From an uncultured Rikenellaceae bacterium (GTDB lineage Bacteria > Bacteroidota > Bacteroidia > Bacteroidales > VadinHA17), in NCBI GenBank assembly GCA_964389685.1, contig CAYMFM010000002.1, forward strand, positions 97,909 through 161,908: DNA of 64,000 nt. Direction: 5' to 3'. Shown here piece by piece: positions 48,609 through 58,969 of this stretch; positions within the stretch are counted from its first letter, which is position 1, and each line of letters starts with the position of its first letter. A program made the translations under genes and the position numbers. A model generated the notes under the pieces. It worked only from the letters and a program-made list of their open reading frames with translations, did not search any database and was not told where the DNA came from.

Positions 48609-51527
48609 TTAGTTGTTGATGTTAAACCCAAAAACATTGATGTTAAAGATTATCGAAAACTCATTTCTGTTTAACATTGGAAGGTAGGCATATTCAACCC
48701 CCAGGGAAATGGGAAACCGGATTCTCAGGAAATGGAGATCCATGACCAGACTGCCCCCGGTAGATGTAAACATGTCATAATGCTTGTTGAAGTCAGACGA
48801 TTCGGTATTGAAGATCTTTGCACGTGAGTAATCATAAAACAGACTGCCCCTTACCCGTTTAAAGTAGATGATGGAGCTGATGTTAATATCGGGATACCAG
48901 ATTGGCAGGGAATATTCACCTGAAATGCTCTGCAGGTTCTCCGCAAGGGGTAAAACAATGGATGAACTGTATCCCCTTGGAAAGTCCAGGGAATTATAGT
49001 AAAACATCCGCTTAACGTTGTTTCTCTTTTCAATTCCTGCCGAAAGCTTGAGGCTGTGATTGGTCATCAATCCGGGAAGATAAAAGGCCATCCTCAAGGA
49101 ATAGATTGAACCCTGTTCTTTCCCGCTAAACCGGTTGCTGGCGTACCTCAAATCTATGGTTTGCCCCCATTTTGGCAGAAAATCACGATGGGCAAGCTTC
49201 AGGTAATTGTATCCATAGAGACGATAGCTGTTGGTCCAGAGCCCTTTTTCATACAGGTATGATTCATCATTGTAAATATATAAATTCCGGTATTCCGTTT
49301 CGAACGAAGGGACCAAACCCCTGACGAAACGATCCCGTGTAAGATTAAGGGGTATGTATATACGGGAGTTAAACGACAATTCAGAAGATGAAACATCAAG
49401 TGAATCCGGATTGACCAGGGGAACACCACCATAATTCAGGGAGAGATCAATCACCGGTAACAACCCTTTATAGGTTAGGGTTGAAAAAAATTGGTGACGG
49501 GAATTTTTATATGCATAACCGATTGATGAGATAACAGTGCTTAACTTGTTCTGAGATAGCAACATAAATCCAGGATTTATTTCAAAATGATCCAGGTCGA
49601 TTTTATTGAGATCGGTATAGAATGGAGCCCAGCTATGGACATTGAAAAAATGGGAGAGTTTCCGATAGGGTATGACTTGAAATTGTTTCTGGGGGACATC
49701 CGATGTTTCAATTACATCGGCTTCCTGACTGGTGAGTACTTCATGCCAGTTATTCCCGGGTTTCGTTACCTCTTCCAGTGCTATAAATTCCAGATCCGTC
49801 AGATCCATTTCGGCAATATTGTATCCGGAAGAGGAGTAATCGGAAAAAGCGATCCGTTGTCCATCGGGAGAAACCGTTACATCGAAGGCACCGTTCCTGG
49901 ATGAGGTGACCTGGAAAATTTCTTTGGATGCCATCTCGATAGCATAAAGGTTATCAATTCCCGAGCAGGTGGAATGGAAAAACAGATAATTCCGGCTGGG
50001 AGCAATGGTCAGGATATCTTCAAAACCGGGTTCCAGCATCGCTTCCCATGTTTCAGAATCCAGATCAACCTTATGAATGCTTTTACCACTGGCGGTCAGG
50101 AGGATCAGATAGATGCATTCACCATCTTTACTCCAGGTTGGCATCATGGCATGTGCTTTTGCAGGAATGGTAATTTCCCGGATCACTGTTCCGTTTTCAG
50201 TGTTTAGGATAAGCAGGCTTTCCTGGTTTTGTATGGTGACCTCAATGGTTGAAATGTTGGTGCCGTCAGGCGAAAGTGCAGGTGAAAAATATCGTGTTTC
50301 CCGGGTTAGCGGGGTTTCCTGTCCGGAGGGGATATCAAATTTTTTAATCACCGAGAATTCCCGGTTACTCCATCGGACATCCGGGATAATTTCAGTCCAC
50401 AGGATGGTGTTATTGCTAACGGAGAGGCGCACGGGATCGTGAAATCCGGGTTGATGTATAACGGTTTCCTCCCCATTCCGGTTAAGGGCAACAAACCGGG
50501 GTATTTTATCCAGGCTCGATTTTTCGGCAATGATCACACTGTCATTCAGGTATTGTGGAAAACGATAGCTGGTGTAGAGATCCCGATTCCTGATATTCAG
50601 GGTATCAAATGAAGTGTAATGAAGTTCCCAGGCATAATCACTCCATCGATGACCAAGCTCCATGAACGTTGCATCATATAACCGCCGCTTGTTCAAACCC
50701 AGATGATTGTAAAGACTGAAATGTATAGGACTGATGAGGTAGGGGTTCCGGGCTACATAATTGAGGGATTGATCCCACCAGCGGCTGCCATATTTCTGTC
50801 TGGAATAGGCGATCATCTGGTAACCATACTGGTAATAATCTGGCACATAATCCTTGTATGATCCCAGGTATGCCTTATCGTACCGGTAAACCCCACCCTT
50901 TTCCAGGGAGAGTGCACGAAGCTTCATTTCAAAAGAGGGTAATCTGCCCCGTCCTGCCCTGGAAAGGGCAGTTTCCGTTGCTACCGCATCTCCTTCAAGA
51001 TACCAGATGGGTAACATGCCAGAGATGACGCCGGTAGCCATCTCTCCAAAAACATAGTAGAGAATCCTGGTCAAGCCCTGGTGAAGTTTGTCCACCTGTA
51101 CTACGTGTCGTAATTCGTGCAGGGCAAGTTGTTCTAACGCATCCTGGGGATAAATATCCTGGGGGGAGGTGGGATAAAGTTCCATCCGCTTGGGTGCCCA
51201 GGCAACAAAACCGTTGAACCGAACAGAATAATTGTGAATGATCACCGAAATCTTCCGGGGTTTGTTTTTCAGTGAAAAGGAGACGTAATTGTAGGCATAC
51301 TCAAGAAAATTCGCCAGACGCTGTGCTTCGTTGATATAACTTTCGGGGAAAATAATCTGGTAATTTTCGGTTCTGATCTGTTTCCATTGAATGAATGCAG
51401 GATCCTGACCCCTCTCGTAAAACTGCGAATGAGAAGGCATTGCAACAAATAACAGAATGAAAGAAGCAATAAGAAAAGCGAAATTACGGTTTTGAAGGTG
51501 ATGAAGCATGCCGGACACTGTAAACAT
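48609..51527 (-). CDS. large secreted hypothetical protein: HExxH (gluzincin-like) domain + PD40/TolB-like propeller + beta-barrel-like C-terminus
   Basis: Signal peptide. HELRH at aa 137-141 (nt 51105-51119) with a downstream WYLEGDA. Repeated SPDG motifs (SPDGTNIS, SPDGQRIAF). The C-terminal ~350 aa have an alternating beta-strand pattern. Confidence 0.5.
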   Translation of the reverse strand: MFTVSGMLHHLQNRNFAFLIASFILLFVAMPSHSQFYERGQDPAFIQWKQIRTENYQIIFPESYINEAQRLANFLEYAYNYVSFSLKNKPRKISVIIHNYSVRFNGFVAWAPKRMELYPTSPQDIYPQDALEQLALHELRHVVQVDKLHQGLTRILYYVFGEMATGVISGMLPIWYLEGDAVATETALSRAGRGRLPSFEMKLRALSLEKGGVYRYDKAYLGSYKDYVPDYYQYGYQMIAYSRQKYGSRWWDQSLNYVARNPYLISPIHFSLYNHLGLNKRRLYDATFMELGHRWSDYAWELHYTSFDTLNIRNRDLYTSYRFPQYLNDSVIIAEKSSLDKIPRFVALNRNGEETVIHQPGFHDPVRLSVSNNTILWTEIIPDVRWSNREFSVIKKFDIPSGQETPLTRETRYFSPALSPDGTNISTIEVTIQNQESLLILNTENGTVIREITIPAKAHAMMPTWSKDGECIYLILLTASGKSIHKVDLDSETWEAMLEPGFEDILTIAPSRNYLFFHSTCSGIDNLYAIEMASKEIFQVTSSRNGAFDVTVSPDGQRIAFSDYSSSGYNIAEMDLTDLEFIALEEVTKPGNNWHEVLTSQEADVIETSDVPQKQFQVIPYRKLSHFFNVHSWAPFYTDLNKIDLDHFEINPGFMLLSQNKLSTVISSIGYAYKNSRHQFFSTLTYKGLLPVIDLSLNYGGVPLVNPDSLDVSSSELSFNSRIYIPLNLTRDRFVRGLVPSFETEYRNLYIYNDESYLYEKGLWTNSYRLYGYNYLKLAHRDFLPKWGQTIDLRYASNRFSGKEQGSIYSLRMAFYLPGLMTNHSLKLSAGIEKRNNVKRMFYYNSLDFPRGYSSSIVLPLAENLQSISGEYSLPIWYPDINISSIIYFKRVRGSLFYDYSRAKIFNTESSDFNKHYDMFTSTGGSLVMDLHFLRIRFPISLGVEYAYLPMLNRNEFSIIFNINVFGFNINN

Positions 51528-51559
51528 TCCAAATTAATCAAATCGGGATAAATGATTTT

Positions 51560-51916
51560 CTATCCACCCTTTCTTTTTGTAGTATACCCTGCCTTATTCA
51601 GGATTTGAATGATCCTGTTCCGGAAATCGCCCTGAATCAGGATTTCATCCCCCGTTACACTTCCCCCGGTATTGCAGGTTGATTTTAAAAGCCGGGCCAA
51701 TTCTTTGCGGTCATCGGTGGTGCCGATAAATCCGGAGATCAGTGTGACGGTTTTTCCTTTACGGCTTTTACGGTCAACGGAAACATACACTGTTTGTTGT
51801 TCCGGTGGCAGGAATTTCTCTTCCGGTGGGTCATTGTATGTGTATTGATATTCCGGGTTGGTAGAATAGACAATACCGCTACGCTGTTTTCTCTTTTTTT
51901 TGCTGCTGTTTTTCAT
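51560..51916 (-). CDS. yciH: translation initiation factor SUI1/YciH family
   Basis: Basic N-terminus, then VYVSVDRKSRKGKTVTLISGF...CNTGGSV...ILIQGDFRNRI, typical of the SUI1 fold. Confidence 0.85.
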   Translation of the reverse strand: MKNSSKKKRKQRSGIVYSTNPEYQYTYNDPPEEKFLPPEQQTVYVSVDRKSRKGKTVTLISGFIGTTDDRKELARLLKSTCNTGGSVTGDEILIQGDFRNRIIQILNKAGYTTKRKGG

Positions 51917-52017
51917 CTCTCTTCAACCTGTTAATGGGAAAGGCATTTTGAAAATACGCATTAATTTCAATTTTAATGTGGCTCAAGAAGAAAAAACATT
52001 AAATTCGCTTCGTTGTA

Positions 52018-55000
52018 TTGATCAGAAATCTGCTAAGGATGAAACAGTTCAGACTATATAACCTCACCATAGGTTGGTTCATATTCATTATCGCTTCGGT
52101 TGTCTATTTGTTAACCATTGAGCCAACCACCAGTCTCTGGGACTGTGGTGAATTTATTGCTTCGGCATTTAAGATGGAAGTCGGACATCCACCGGGCGCA
52201 CCCTTCTGGATGATCATGGCTCGGGTACTTTCCCTTTTTGCCGGAAGCGATGTCTCTCAGGCAGCAAAAATGATCAATACCCTGTCCGCCCTGGCCAGCT
52301 CCTTTACCATTCTTTTTCTCTTCTGGACCATCACCCACCTTGCCAGAAAGATATTGATAAAAGGCGATGATTATTCAACCGGAACAATGATTGCCGTGAT
52401 GGCGAGCGGGATCGTTGGGGCATTAGCCTATACCTTCTCCGACACCTTCTGGTTTTCAGCCGTGGAAGGAGAGGTTTATGCAACCTCGTCACTCTTTACG
52501 GCCATTGTTTTCTGGGCAATCCTTCGGTGGGAGAATGTAGCCGAAGAGAAACATGCCGACCGGTGGTTAATCTTTATCGCCTACCTGATGGGCCTGTCCA
52601 TTGGGGTACACCTGCTCAATTTGCTCGCAATTCCAGCCATCGTTTTTGTTTATTATTTCAGGAAATATGAACCGACAAAACGGGGATTTATTTTAGCAAT
52701 CCTCATCTCTATTATCATCCTGGGTGTTATCATGTACGGGATCATACCGGGAATTGTAAAAACATCCTCCAGGTTTGAACTCTTTTTTGTCAATACAATC
52801 GGCCTTCCTTATAATTCCGGAGTACTCATCCATATCGCTTTCACGATTGCCTCCATTGCCGGGGGAATCTATTTCACGAGGAGAAACGATAACCCGATAT
52901 ATGCTGCCCTCTCGTCAACAATAGCATTGATCCTTTTGGGTGTCCCCTTTATGTCCGACTCTTTGCTTCTGAACCTCCTGTTGCTCATCGTTGTTGCCGG
53001 GATTGTTTATTATCTCTCAGCAAGACATCACATCATTCTGAATACCGTTATTACGGCAGCCCTGGTTATCCTGATCGGCTATTCTTCTTTCACCATGATC
53101 CTGATCCGATCCACGGCCAATCCCCCGATGGATGAGAACAATCCAGAAAATGTATTCTCTCTCCTCTATTACCTGAATCGGGAACAATATGGTGAAAGGC
53201 CGCTTCTTTACGGGCAGTATTACAATGCACCCATAGTAGACGTTGCAGAAGGAAATCCTACCTATACACCCCAGGACGGGAAGTATGTCCTTTCAAGGTA
53301 TGCTTCGAAGTATGTCTACGATGAACGATTGACTACCTTCTTTCCCAGAATGTGGAGTGCCCAACCCGATCATCGCCGGATTTACGAGGAGTGGGGAGAG
53401 GTAGATGGTGAACGAATCAGTATCCAGAATTCACGAGGGGAAGATACCTTTGTTGAGAAACCCACCTTTGGGCAAAACCTCCGGTTCTTATTTACCTATC
53501 AGATTGGCCACATGTACCTGAGATACTTCATGTGGAATTTTTCCGGCAGGCAGAATGATGAACAGGGCCATGGAGGACCATTGAAAGGAAATTGGATCAG
53601 CGGAATTAAGTTTCTGGACCGGGCAAAAATTGGCAACCAGGATAATTTACCCGGACATATTGCAAACGATAAATCCAGGAATGCCTATTATTTGTTGCCC
53701 TTTATTCTTGGATTAGCCGGCTTCTTTTACCACGTTCAGAGAAACCGGAAAGATTTCTGGGTCGTTTTGCTGTTGTTTTTGTTTACCGGTATCGCCATTG
53801 TGGTTTACCTGAATCAATATCCAAATCAGCCCCGCGAACGGGATTATGCTTATGCTGGATCCTTTTATGCCTATGCTATATGGATTGGATTGGGGGTGCT
53901 TTCTCTTTTTGATGTCCTGTCAAAACCCATGAGGAAGGAATGGGGTGCCATTATTGCCGGTGTGCTTTGCCTGATACTGGTTCCAGGTGTTATGGCAAAG
54001 GAGAACTGGGATGATCACGACAGATCAGGGCGGTTTACCGCGAGAGATATTGCCTACAATTACCTCAATTCCTGTGCCCCGAATGCCATTCTCTTTACCA
54101 ATGGTGATAACGATACGTTCCCCTTATGGTATGCACAGGAAGTGGAAGGAATACGAACCGACGTCCGCGTGGTAAACATGATGCTGTTCAACACCGATTG
54201 GTACATTGATCAGATGAAACGCAAAGCCTATCAGTCCGATCCTTTGCCCCTCTCTGTTCCCAGGGAGAAATACAAGGACGGAACCAACGGGCAGGTTTTT
54301 ATGATTGAAAGAGTGAAAGAATATATCCCTGTTAAACAGGTGATCGACTTTGTTGTTAATGATGATGAGGCAACGAAAATAAGGTATGAGAATGAGTTGT
54401 TGGATTACATCCCTACCAAAATGTTTCGTATACCCGTTGATTCCGCTACAGTAGTTGAAAACGGGACCGTTGCTCCCGAACTGGCCGATCAAATTGTGAA
54501 ATCCATCGATATCAGAATAAACCGGAATTACCTCCTGAAAAACCAGCTGATGGTCCTTGACTTACTGGCTCAAAACAAATGGGAAAGACCCATCTATTAT
54601 GTCACCGGAGGACACGATGATGCCCTGGGATTGGAAGAGTATTTTCAACTGGAAGGTTTTGCCTACCGTTTGGTGCCGATAAAAACAGAAGGAGCAACCG
54701 GATTCCTGGAAATGGGCAGAATACATGCCGATGCCATGTATGATAACCTGATGAATAAATTCAAATGGGGCAGGATGAATGAAACCGATGTCTACCTTGA
54801 TTTCTATAACAAAAGAACCTTCTCGGTCATCAAGATCAGGAATAATTTTACCCGCCTGGCGGAAGAATTGGTTAATCAGGGGAAGAGGGATTCAGCAGTA
54901 GCTGTTCTTGACCGCTGTATGGAATTGATGCCGCAGGAAAGGATTCCTTACGATATTTTTACCGTCGGCATAGCAGAAGTCTATTACAAATGCGATGAAC

Positions 55001-55242
55001 TTAATAAAGCAAATGCAATCATCGATCAGTATGCCCTGGTTTGTGAGGAGGAGCTTAATTACTACTTTTCTCTGAGGCCATCCATTGGTAATGCCATCGA
55101 TTATGAGAAACGGTTGAATCTACAGATCTTCCAGGAATTGGTGCGGTTAACACAACGATTCGGGCAGCTTGAAAAAGCAGCACGCCTTGAAGAAACTTTC
55201 AATGATCTGTATAACCGATATATGGTGAATAATCCCCGGTGA
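52018..55242 (+). CDS. DUF2723 domain-containing membrane protein (TMEM260/GT-C-like)
   Basis: N-terminal signature TIEPTTSLWDCGEFIASAFKMEVGHPPGAPFW, a multi-TM region and a soluble TPR-like C-terminus. The ATG at 52039 is a likely alternative start to the TTG at 52018. Confidence 0.8.
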   Translation: MIRNLLRMKQFRLYNLTIGWFIFIIASVVYLLTIEPTTSLWDCGEFIASAFKMEVGHPPGAPFWMIMARVLSLFAGSDVSQAAKMINTLSALASSFTILFLFWTITHLARKILIKGDDYSTGTMIAVMASGIVGALAYTFSDTFWFSAVEGEVYATSSLFTAIVFWAILRWENVAEEKHADRWLIFIAYLMGLSIGVHLLNLLAIPAIVFVYYFRKYEPTKRGFILAILISIIILGVIMYGIIPGIVKTSSRFELFFVNTIGLPYNSGVLIHIAFTIASIAGGIYFTRRNDNPIYAALSSTIALILLGVPFMSDSLLLNLLLLIVVAGIVYYLSARHHIILNTVITAALVILIGYSSFTMILIRSTANPPMDENNPENVFSLLYYLNREQYGERPLLYGQYYNAPIVDVAEGNPTYTPQDGKYVLSRYASKYVYDERLTTFFPRMWSAQPDHRRIYEEWGEVDGERISIQNSRGEDTFVEKPTFGQNLRFLFTYQIGHMYLRYFMWNFSGRQNDEQGHGGPLKGNWISGIKFLDRAKIGNQDNLPGHIANDKSRNAYYLLPFILGLAGFFYHVQRNRKDFWVVLLLFLFTGIAIVVYLNQYPNQPRERDYAYAGSFYAYAIWIGLGVLSLFDVLSKPMRKEWGAIIAGVLCLILVPGVMAKENWDDHDRSGRFTARDIAYNYLNSCAPNAILFTNGDNDTFPLWYAQEVEGIRTDVRVVNMMLFNTDWYIDQMKRKAYQSDPLPLSVPREKYKDGTNGQVFMIERVKEYIPVKQVIDFVVNDDEATKIRYENELLDYIPTKMFRIPVDSATVVENGTVAPELADQIVKSIDIRINRNYLLKNQLMVLDLLAQNKWERPIYYVTGGHDDALGLEEYFQLEGFAYRLVPIKTEGATGFLEMGRIHADAMYDNLMNKFKWGRMNETDVYLDFYNKRTFSVIKIRNNFTRLAEELVNQGKRDSAVAVLDRCMELMPQERIPYDIFTVGIAEVYYKCDELNKANAIIDQYALVCEEELNYYFSLRPSIGNAIDYEKRLNLQIFQELVRLTQRFGQLEKAARLEETFNDLYNRYMVNNPR

Positions 55243-55295
55243 TCAATCCATCAGTATCCTATTTTAAGGGCACCGATTTTTTACTGGCAGCAGAC

Positions 55296-55802
55296 TTATC
55301 CTTTAAAAAGTTTCGGTTTTGCGATGGAAACTTTCTCTTTTGTTGGTTTGAATTCAAAAATGGGTTCCAGATAACAGGCCATGGTCTCCAAAAGCTTTTC
55401 CGGCAGGACAGGTTTGGAGATAAACTCATTGCAACCGGCAAGAAAACAACGCTCCCGGTTATCAAATGTATCGTAGGCGGAGATAGCAATTATGGGAAGC
55501 TCTTTATAATACTTACGTATCTCCCGGGTAGCATCCGATCCGTTTACAAACGGTATCAGGACATCCATCAACACCAGATCAACTTGTTGATCTTCACTGC
55601 AGCAGATCTCTATAGCATCCAGTCCGTTTTTTGCCCATAACACCGTTGCATCCACCTCCTTAAGCAGGAATTCAAAGTATTTGAAATTTGGCTCATCGTC
55701 TTCAACAACCAGAATTGTTTTGCCTTGCCAGTGGTATGGATAGATCTTTGTATCCAATGTGCTGTTGATTGGGGGTTCAGTTTTCGGGATGAAAAGATAC
55801 AT
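55296..55802 (-). CDS. stand-alone response regulator receiver protein
   Basis: CheY-like motifs ILVVEDDEPN, LVLMDVLIP, IIAISAY and SKP. There is no output domain. Confidence 0.8.
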   Translation of the reverse strand: MYLFIPKTEPPINSTLDTKIYPYHWQGKTILVVEDDEPNFKYFEFLLKEVDATVLWAKNGLDAIEICCSEDQQVDLVLMDVLIPFVNGSDATREIRKYYKELPIIAISAYDTFDNRERCFLAGCNEFISKPVLPEKLLETMACYLEPIFEFKPTKEKVSIAKPKLFKG

Positions 55803-55926
55803 AATAATTGGTTATGTTTCAGGTTGTGATATAAAAATAATAAACAGGTCATTGTTGAAAACTCGTTAATAAGGATGAAATTTCATATCTTGCCCGCACT
55901 TAGAGAAATACCATACACCAGGCTAC

Positions 55927-56856
55927 ATGACAAACAGGGAAAGAAACGGTTACATTACCAGGAAAGAATTCCTTAAAAAATCCTCTGCAGGAGTTGTCGG
56001 GGCAGGATTAATTGCTAAAAGACCAATTTCCTGGATGAGATGGACGAATGAACCGGGAAGGAGAGTTCTTGGAAAGACAGGGATTGAAATAACCACGCTG
56101 GGTTATGGAGCATCAAGAACCCAGCAACCAGCATTGCTTCTGGCAGCCCTGGATGCCGGGATAAATTTTCTGGATACAGGACGGTCTTACGCAAATGGAC
56201 AGAATGAGGTGATGATTGGTAAAACCGTTAAAGAGATCCGGAAGAATCTTATCATTCAATCAAAGGTTAGGATAAGGCCCTCGGAAACAGGAAATGCTTT
56301 GAAAACAAAAGAAGTTTCTCAAAAGATCAGGAGCATCATGCAAAAATCGTTGGATGAAAGCTTGAAAGCATTGCAGACGGATTACATTGACATCTGGCTT
56401 ATCCATGGTGCCGAATCGGAAGAGATCATCCATCACCAAACTGTTATGGATTTTTTTTCGGAGGCTAAGAATAAAGGAATCATCAGGGCTTGTGGCTTCT
56501 CCTCCCATCACAACCAGGCGGAGCTACTGAAAGCAGATAACAGGGTGAACTTTTATGATGTAGCAATGGTTTCCTATACGTTCGCAGGATCATACACACA
56601 CTCCATTACCGGCCGGTATAGTAACTATGACCAGGGAGCACTGGAAGATGAAATGAAACAGGCAGATCGAAACGGCAAAGGGATTATTGCCATGAAAACC
56701 TGTTCTGCAGGGCCCTACAAGTCACAGGTTGATCAGCAGCCCTCCTTTGGAAAAGCCATTCAATGGGTGTTGGATAAACCCTTTGTTCATTCTGCTGCGG
56801 TTGCTATGGCGAATTTTACCCAGATCGATGAGAATATCAGGGCCATTTTCGGATAA
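55927..56856 (+). CDS. aldo/keto reductase with Tat-like signal peptide
   Basis: N-terminus contains TRKEFLKKSSAGVVGAGLIA. The AKR core has LGYGASR, INFLDTGRSYANGQNE and DIWLIHG. Confidence 0.75.
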   Translation: MTNRERNGYITRKEFLKKSSAGVVGAGLIAKRPISWMRWTNEPGRRVLGKTGIEITTLGYGASRTQQPALLLAALDAGINFLDTGRSYANGQNEVMIGKTVKEIRKNLIIQSKVRIRPSETGNALKTKEVSQKIRSIMQKSLDESLKALQTDYIDIWLIHGAESEEIIHHQTVMDFFSEAKNKGIIRACGFSSHHNQAELLKADNRVNFYDVAMVSYTFAGSYTHSITGRYSNYDQGALEDEMKQADRNGKGIIAMKTCSAGPYKSQVDQQPSFGKAIQWVLDKPFVHSAAVAMANFTQIDENIRAIFG

Positions 56857-56922
56857 CCGTTGAACAAACAGATTTATATTCACTCACCAGCCGGTAAATG
56901 AATCCTGATAATAGAAATGAGC

Positions 56923-57561
56923 CTACGGGATTTTGAATAATTTTGGATTTGCTGCTATGAGTTCTTCTTTCAATGCTGGGGGAAGTATTGCATTAACCAG
57001 GCTTTTTGCCGAAAGAAGCTGGTTTACTGTCAGACCCTCTGCTTCATGAATGTCTGTACCTTCCAGCACAGTATCCGAGAAATCAGCATCTTTTACGATG
57101 GCTTCTTTTATGTTCGATTGGGTCAGATTTGCCTTGACCAAAACGGCACCGGTAAGATCAGCCTCTTTGAGGTTTGCGAAGCTTAGATCCGCTTTTGTTA
57201 AATCGCTGCCTTTCAGGTTAGCCTCTTTCAGGTTCAGAAAACGAAGGTCAGCCCTCGACAGATCGGTGTTTGACAGATCAACCTCTTTCAAAAAATCAAT
57301 GCTATATCCCTCCTGTTTAAGAAAATAATCCAACTGAATACTGACCACTTCAGAATCAATTTCAACCGGTGCACTGGGGATAGCTTCCATTAGACCCTGT
57401 TTGTGCAGTTTCAGGAAATCATTCAGGCTGATATCCTCTATTGTAATTGCTTTTGGGTCACGAAGCGATTGTTCCTGAGCAGGCAAAGAACAGATAGTAC
57501 AAAAGCTGAATAAAAATAACAGGAATAGGCGTAAAGTATGAGTTAACATTCTTGTATTCAT
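56923..57561 (-). CDS. secreted pentapeptide-repeat protein
   Basis: Signal peptide, followed by about 17 consecutive A(D/N)LXX pentapeptides (DLSNTDLSRADLRFLNLKEANLKGSDLTKADLSFANLKEADLTGAVL...). Confidence 0.8.
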   Translation of the reverse strand: MNTRMLTHTLRLFLLFLFSFCTICSLPAQEQSLRDPKAITIEDISLNDFLKLHKQGLMEAIPSAPVEIDSEVVSIQLDYFLKQEGYSIDFLKEVDLSNTDLSRADLRFLNLKEANLKGSDLTKADLSFANLKEADLTGAVLVKANLTQSNIKEAIVKDADFSDTVLEGTDIHEAEGLTVNQLLSAKSLVNAILPPALKEELIAANPKLFKIP

Positions 57562-57708
57562 AGCAGATTTTTAGTACGTAATATAATACAACTGTGTACC
57601 GAAAGTCAAGTTTTTTGAAGAAAAAATTATGTGATTACCCTGCAGAGCGAAGAAAAAAAGGAGAATACACAACGCTAAGTCACTGAAAAACAAACTGATA
57701 TTGTCAGA

Positions 57709-57734
57709 CTGTTCAGGATATCAGTCCTGAACAG
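57709..57734 (-). terminator. candidate stem-loop downstream of the FabH-paralogue stop
   Basis: A 10 bp perfect stem ctgttcagga / tcctgaacag with a 6 nt loop lies about 33 nt beyond the stop at 57767. The trailing U-tract is weak. Confidence 0.35.
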
Positions 57735-57766
57735 ATTGGATGGAATTTTTTACGGTGGATCGTGAT

Positions 57767-58849
57767 CTACGGAACTTTATAAATGAATGAGTTGATGTTC
57801 ATGCCCGCTCCAACGGATGCAAAGGCAAGGTAATCGTTTTTCATGAACCGCTGGTATGGAAGTTTACCCTTGAGGATCAGATCAAGCAGAGTAGGAAGGG
57901 TTGCTACCGAGCTATTTCCATATTGAGAGATGATCATGGGCATGATATGCTGAGGAATAATCTTCTCTCCGAATAGCCTGAAAATACGTTGGAGAATGGC
58001 TTCATCCATTTTTTCATTGGCCTGATGGATCAGTACCTTGCTGATATCGTTCAGCAATAATTTTGCCTTCTCAACAGCGTCTTTAACAACCTGCGGAACG
58101 GTTATCAATGCATATTCATACAACTTCTTGCCGTTCATTTTTATAAACAGCTCCGCTCCTGAAAGGTCCGGATTATAAGATTTATCCATCCGAAGCATAT
58201 CGGCATACTCCAGGGAATCGGACCGGGTGGAATGGGATAGTATACCAATTGGTTTTCTGCTGACTACGGATTCCAGGAGAACTGCCCCTGCCCCATCCGA
58301 ATAGATCATGCTATCGCGGTCGTAAGGATCTGAAATTCGTGACAGGGTTTCTGCTCCGATAATCAATGCCTTTTTTGCATCACCCGATTTCAGGAAATAG
58401 TCTGCCTGAATAACCCCCTGCAACCAACCTGGACAGCCAAAAATCAGATCGTAGGCAATGGTGTTCGGATTCTTAATGCCCAGTTTCTTTTTTACCCGTG
58501 CTGCAAGGCTTGGAACAAAATCAGACCCTTTCTGGTTAACTCGTACATCTCCAAAATTATGGGCAACAATGATGTAATCCAGGCTTTCCATGTCGGTATT
58601 TGACGATTCAAGTGCATCCAAACTGGCAAAATAAGCCAGGTCAGATGTAACCAGATGGTCATCAGCGTACCGACGCTCCCGGATTCCCGTTATCTCCTCA
58701 AACTTGGATATGATCAGGTTTGTCGGTGAGTCAATTTTTTCTCCTTCCGGTGAATAAAACAAATTTTCAAGAAATGTTTCATTCGACACCTTTTTGGGTG
58801 GAATGTAACTGCCGGATCCGGTGATGACCGTATATCTGCCTTTTTTCAT
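57767..58849 (-). CDS. 3-oxoacyl-ACP synthase III family protein (FabH paralogue)
   Basis: Thiolase-fold KAS III with Cys (FGCPGW), His (IHQANEKM) and Asn (YGNSSVATLP) motifs. It is distinct from the canonical fabH at 30044. Confidence 0.75.
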   Translation of the reverse strand: MKKGRYTVITGSGSYIPPKKVSNETFLENLFYSPEGEKIDSPTNLIISKFEEITGIRERRYADDHLVTSDLAYFASLDALESSNTDMESLDYIIVAHNFGDVRVNQKGSDFVPSLAARVKKKLGIKNPNTIAYDLIFGCPGWLQGVIQADYFLKSGDAKKALIIGAETLSRISDPYDRDSMIYSDGAGAVLLESVVSRKPIGILSHSTRSDSLEYADMLRMDKSYNPDLSGAELFIKMNGKKLYEYALITVPQVVKDAVEKAKLLLNDISKVLIHQANEKMDEAILQRIFRLFGEKIIPQHIMPMIISQYGNSSVATLPTLLDLILKGKLPYQRFMKNDYLAFASVGAGMNINSFIYKVP

Positions 58850-58969
58850 AATTTCAGGATCCCTTTGTCAATTCATTGTGGCAAAGGTACTAAAATTAAT
58901 CGTTATCCAGTGAAATCGAATGCCGGGATCAGGATAAATGAAAAAAACCCTGTGGTTTCCCGCGTTGGA

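Noticed and set aside
55239-55640. 133 aa plus-strand ORF overlapping the DUF2723 stop and the receiver gene
   Set aside because: It is antisense to a receiver domain with all canonical motifs and has no motif support of its own.
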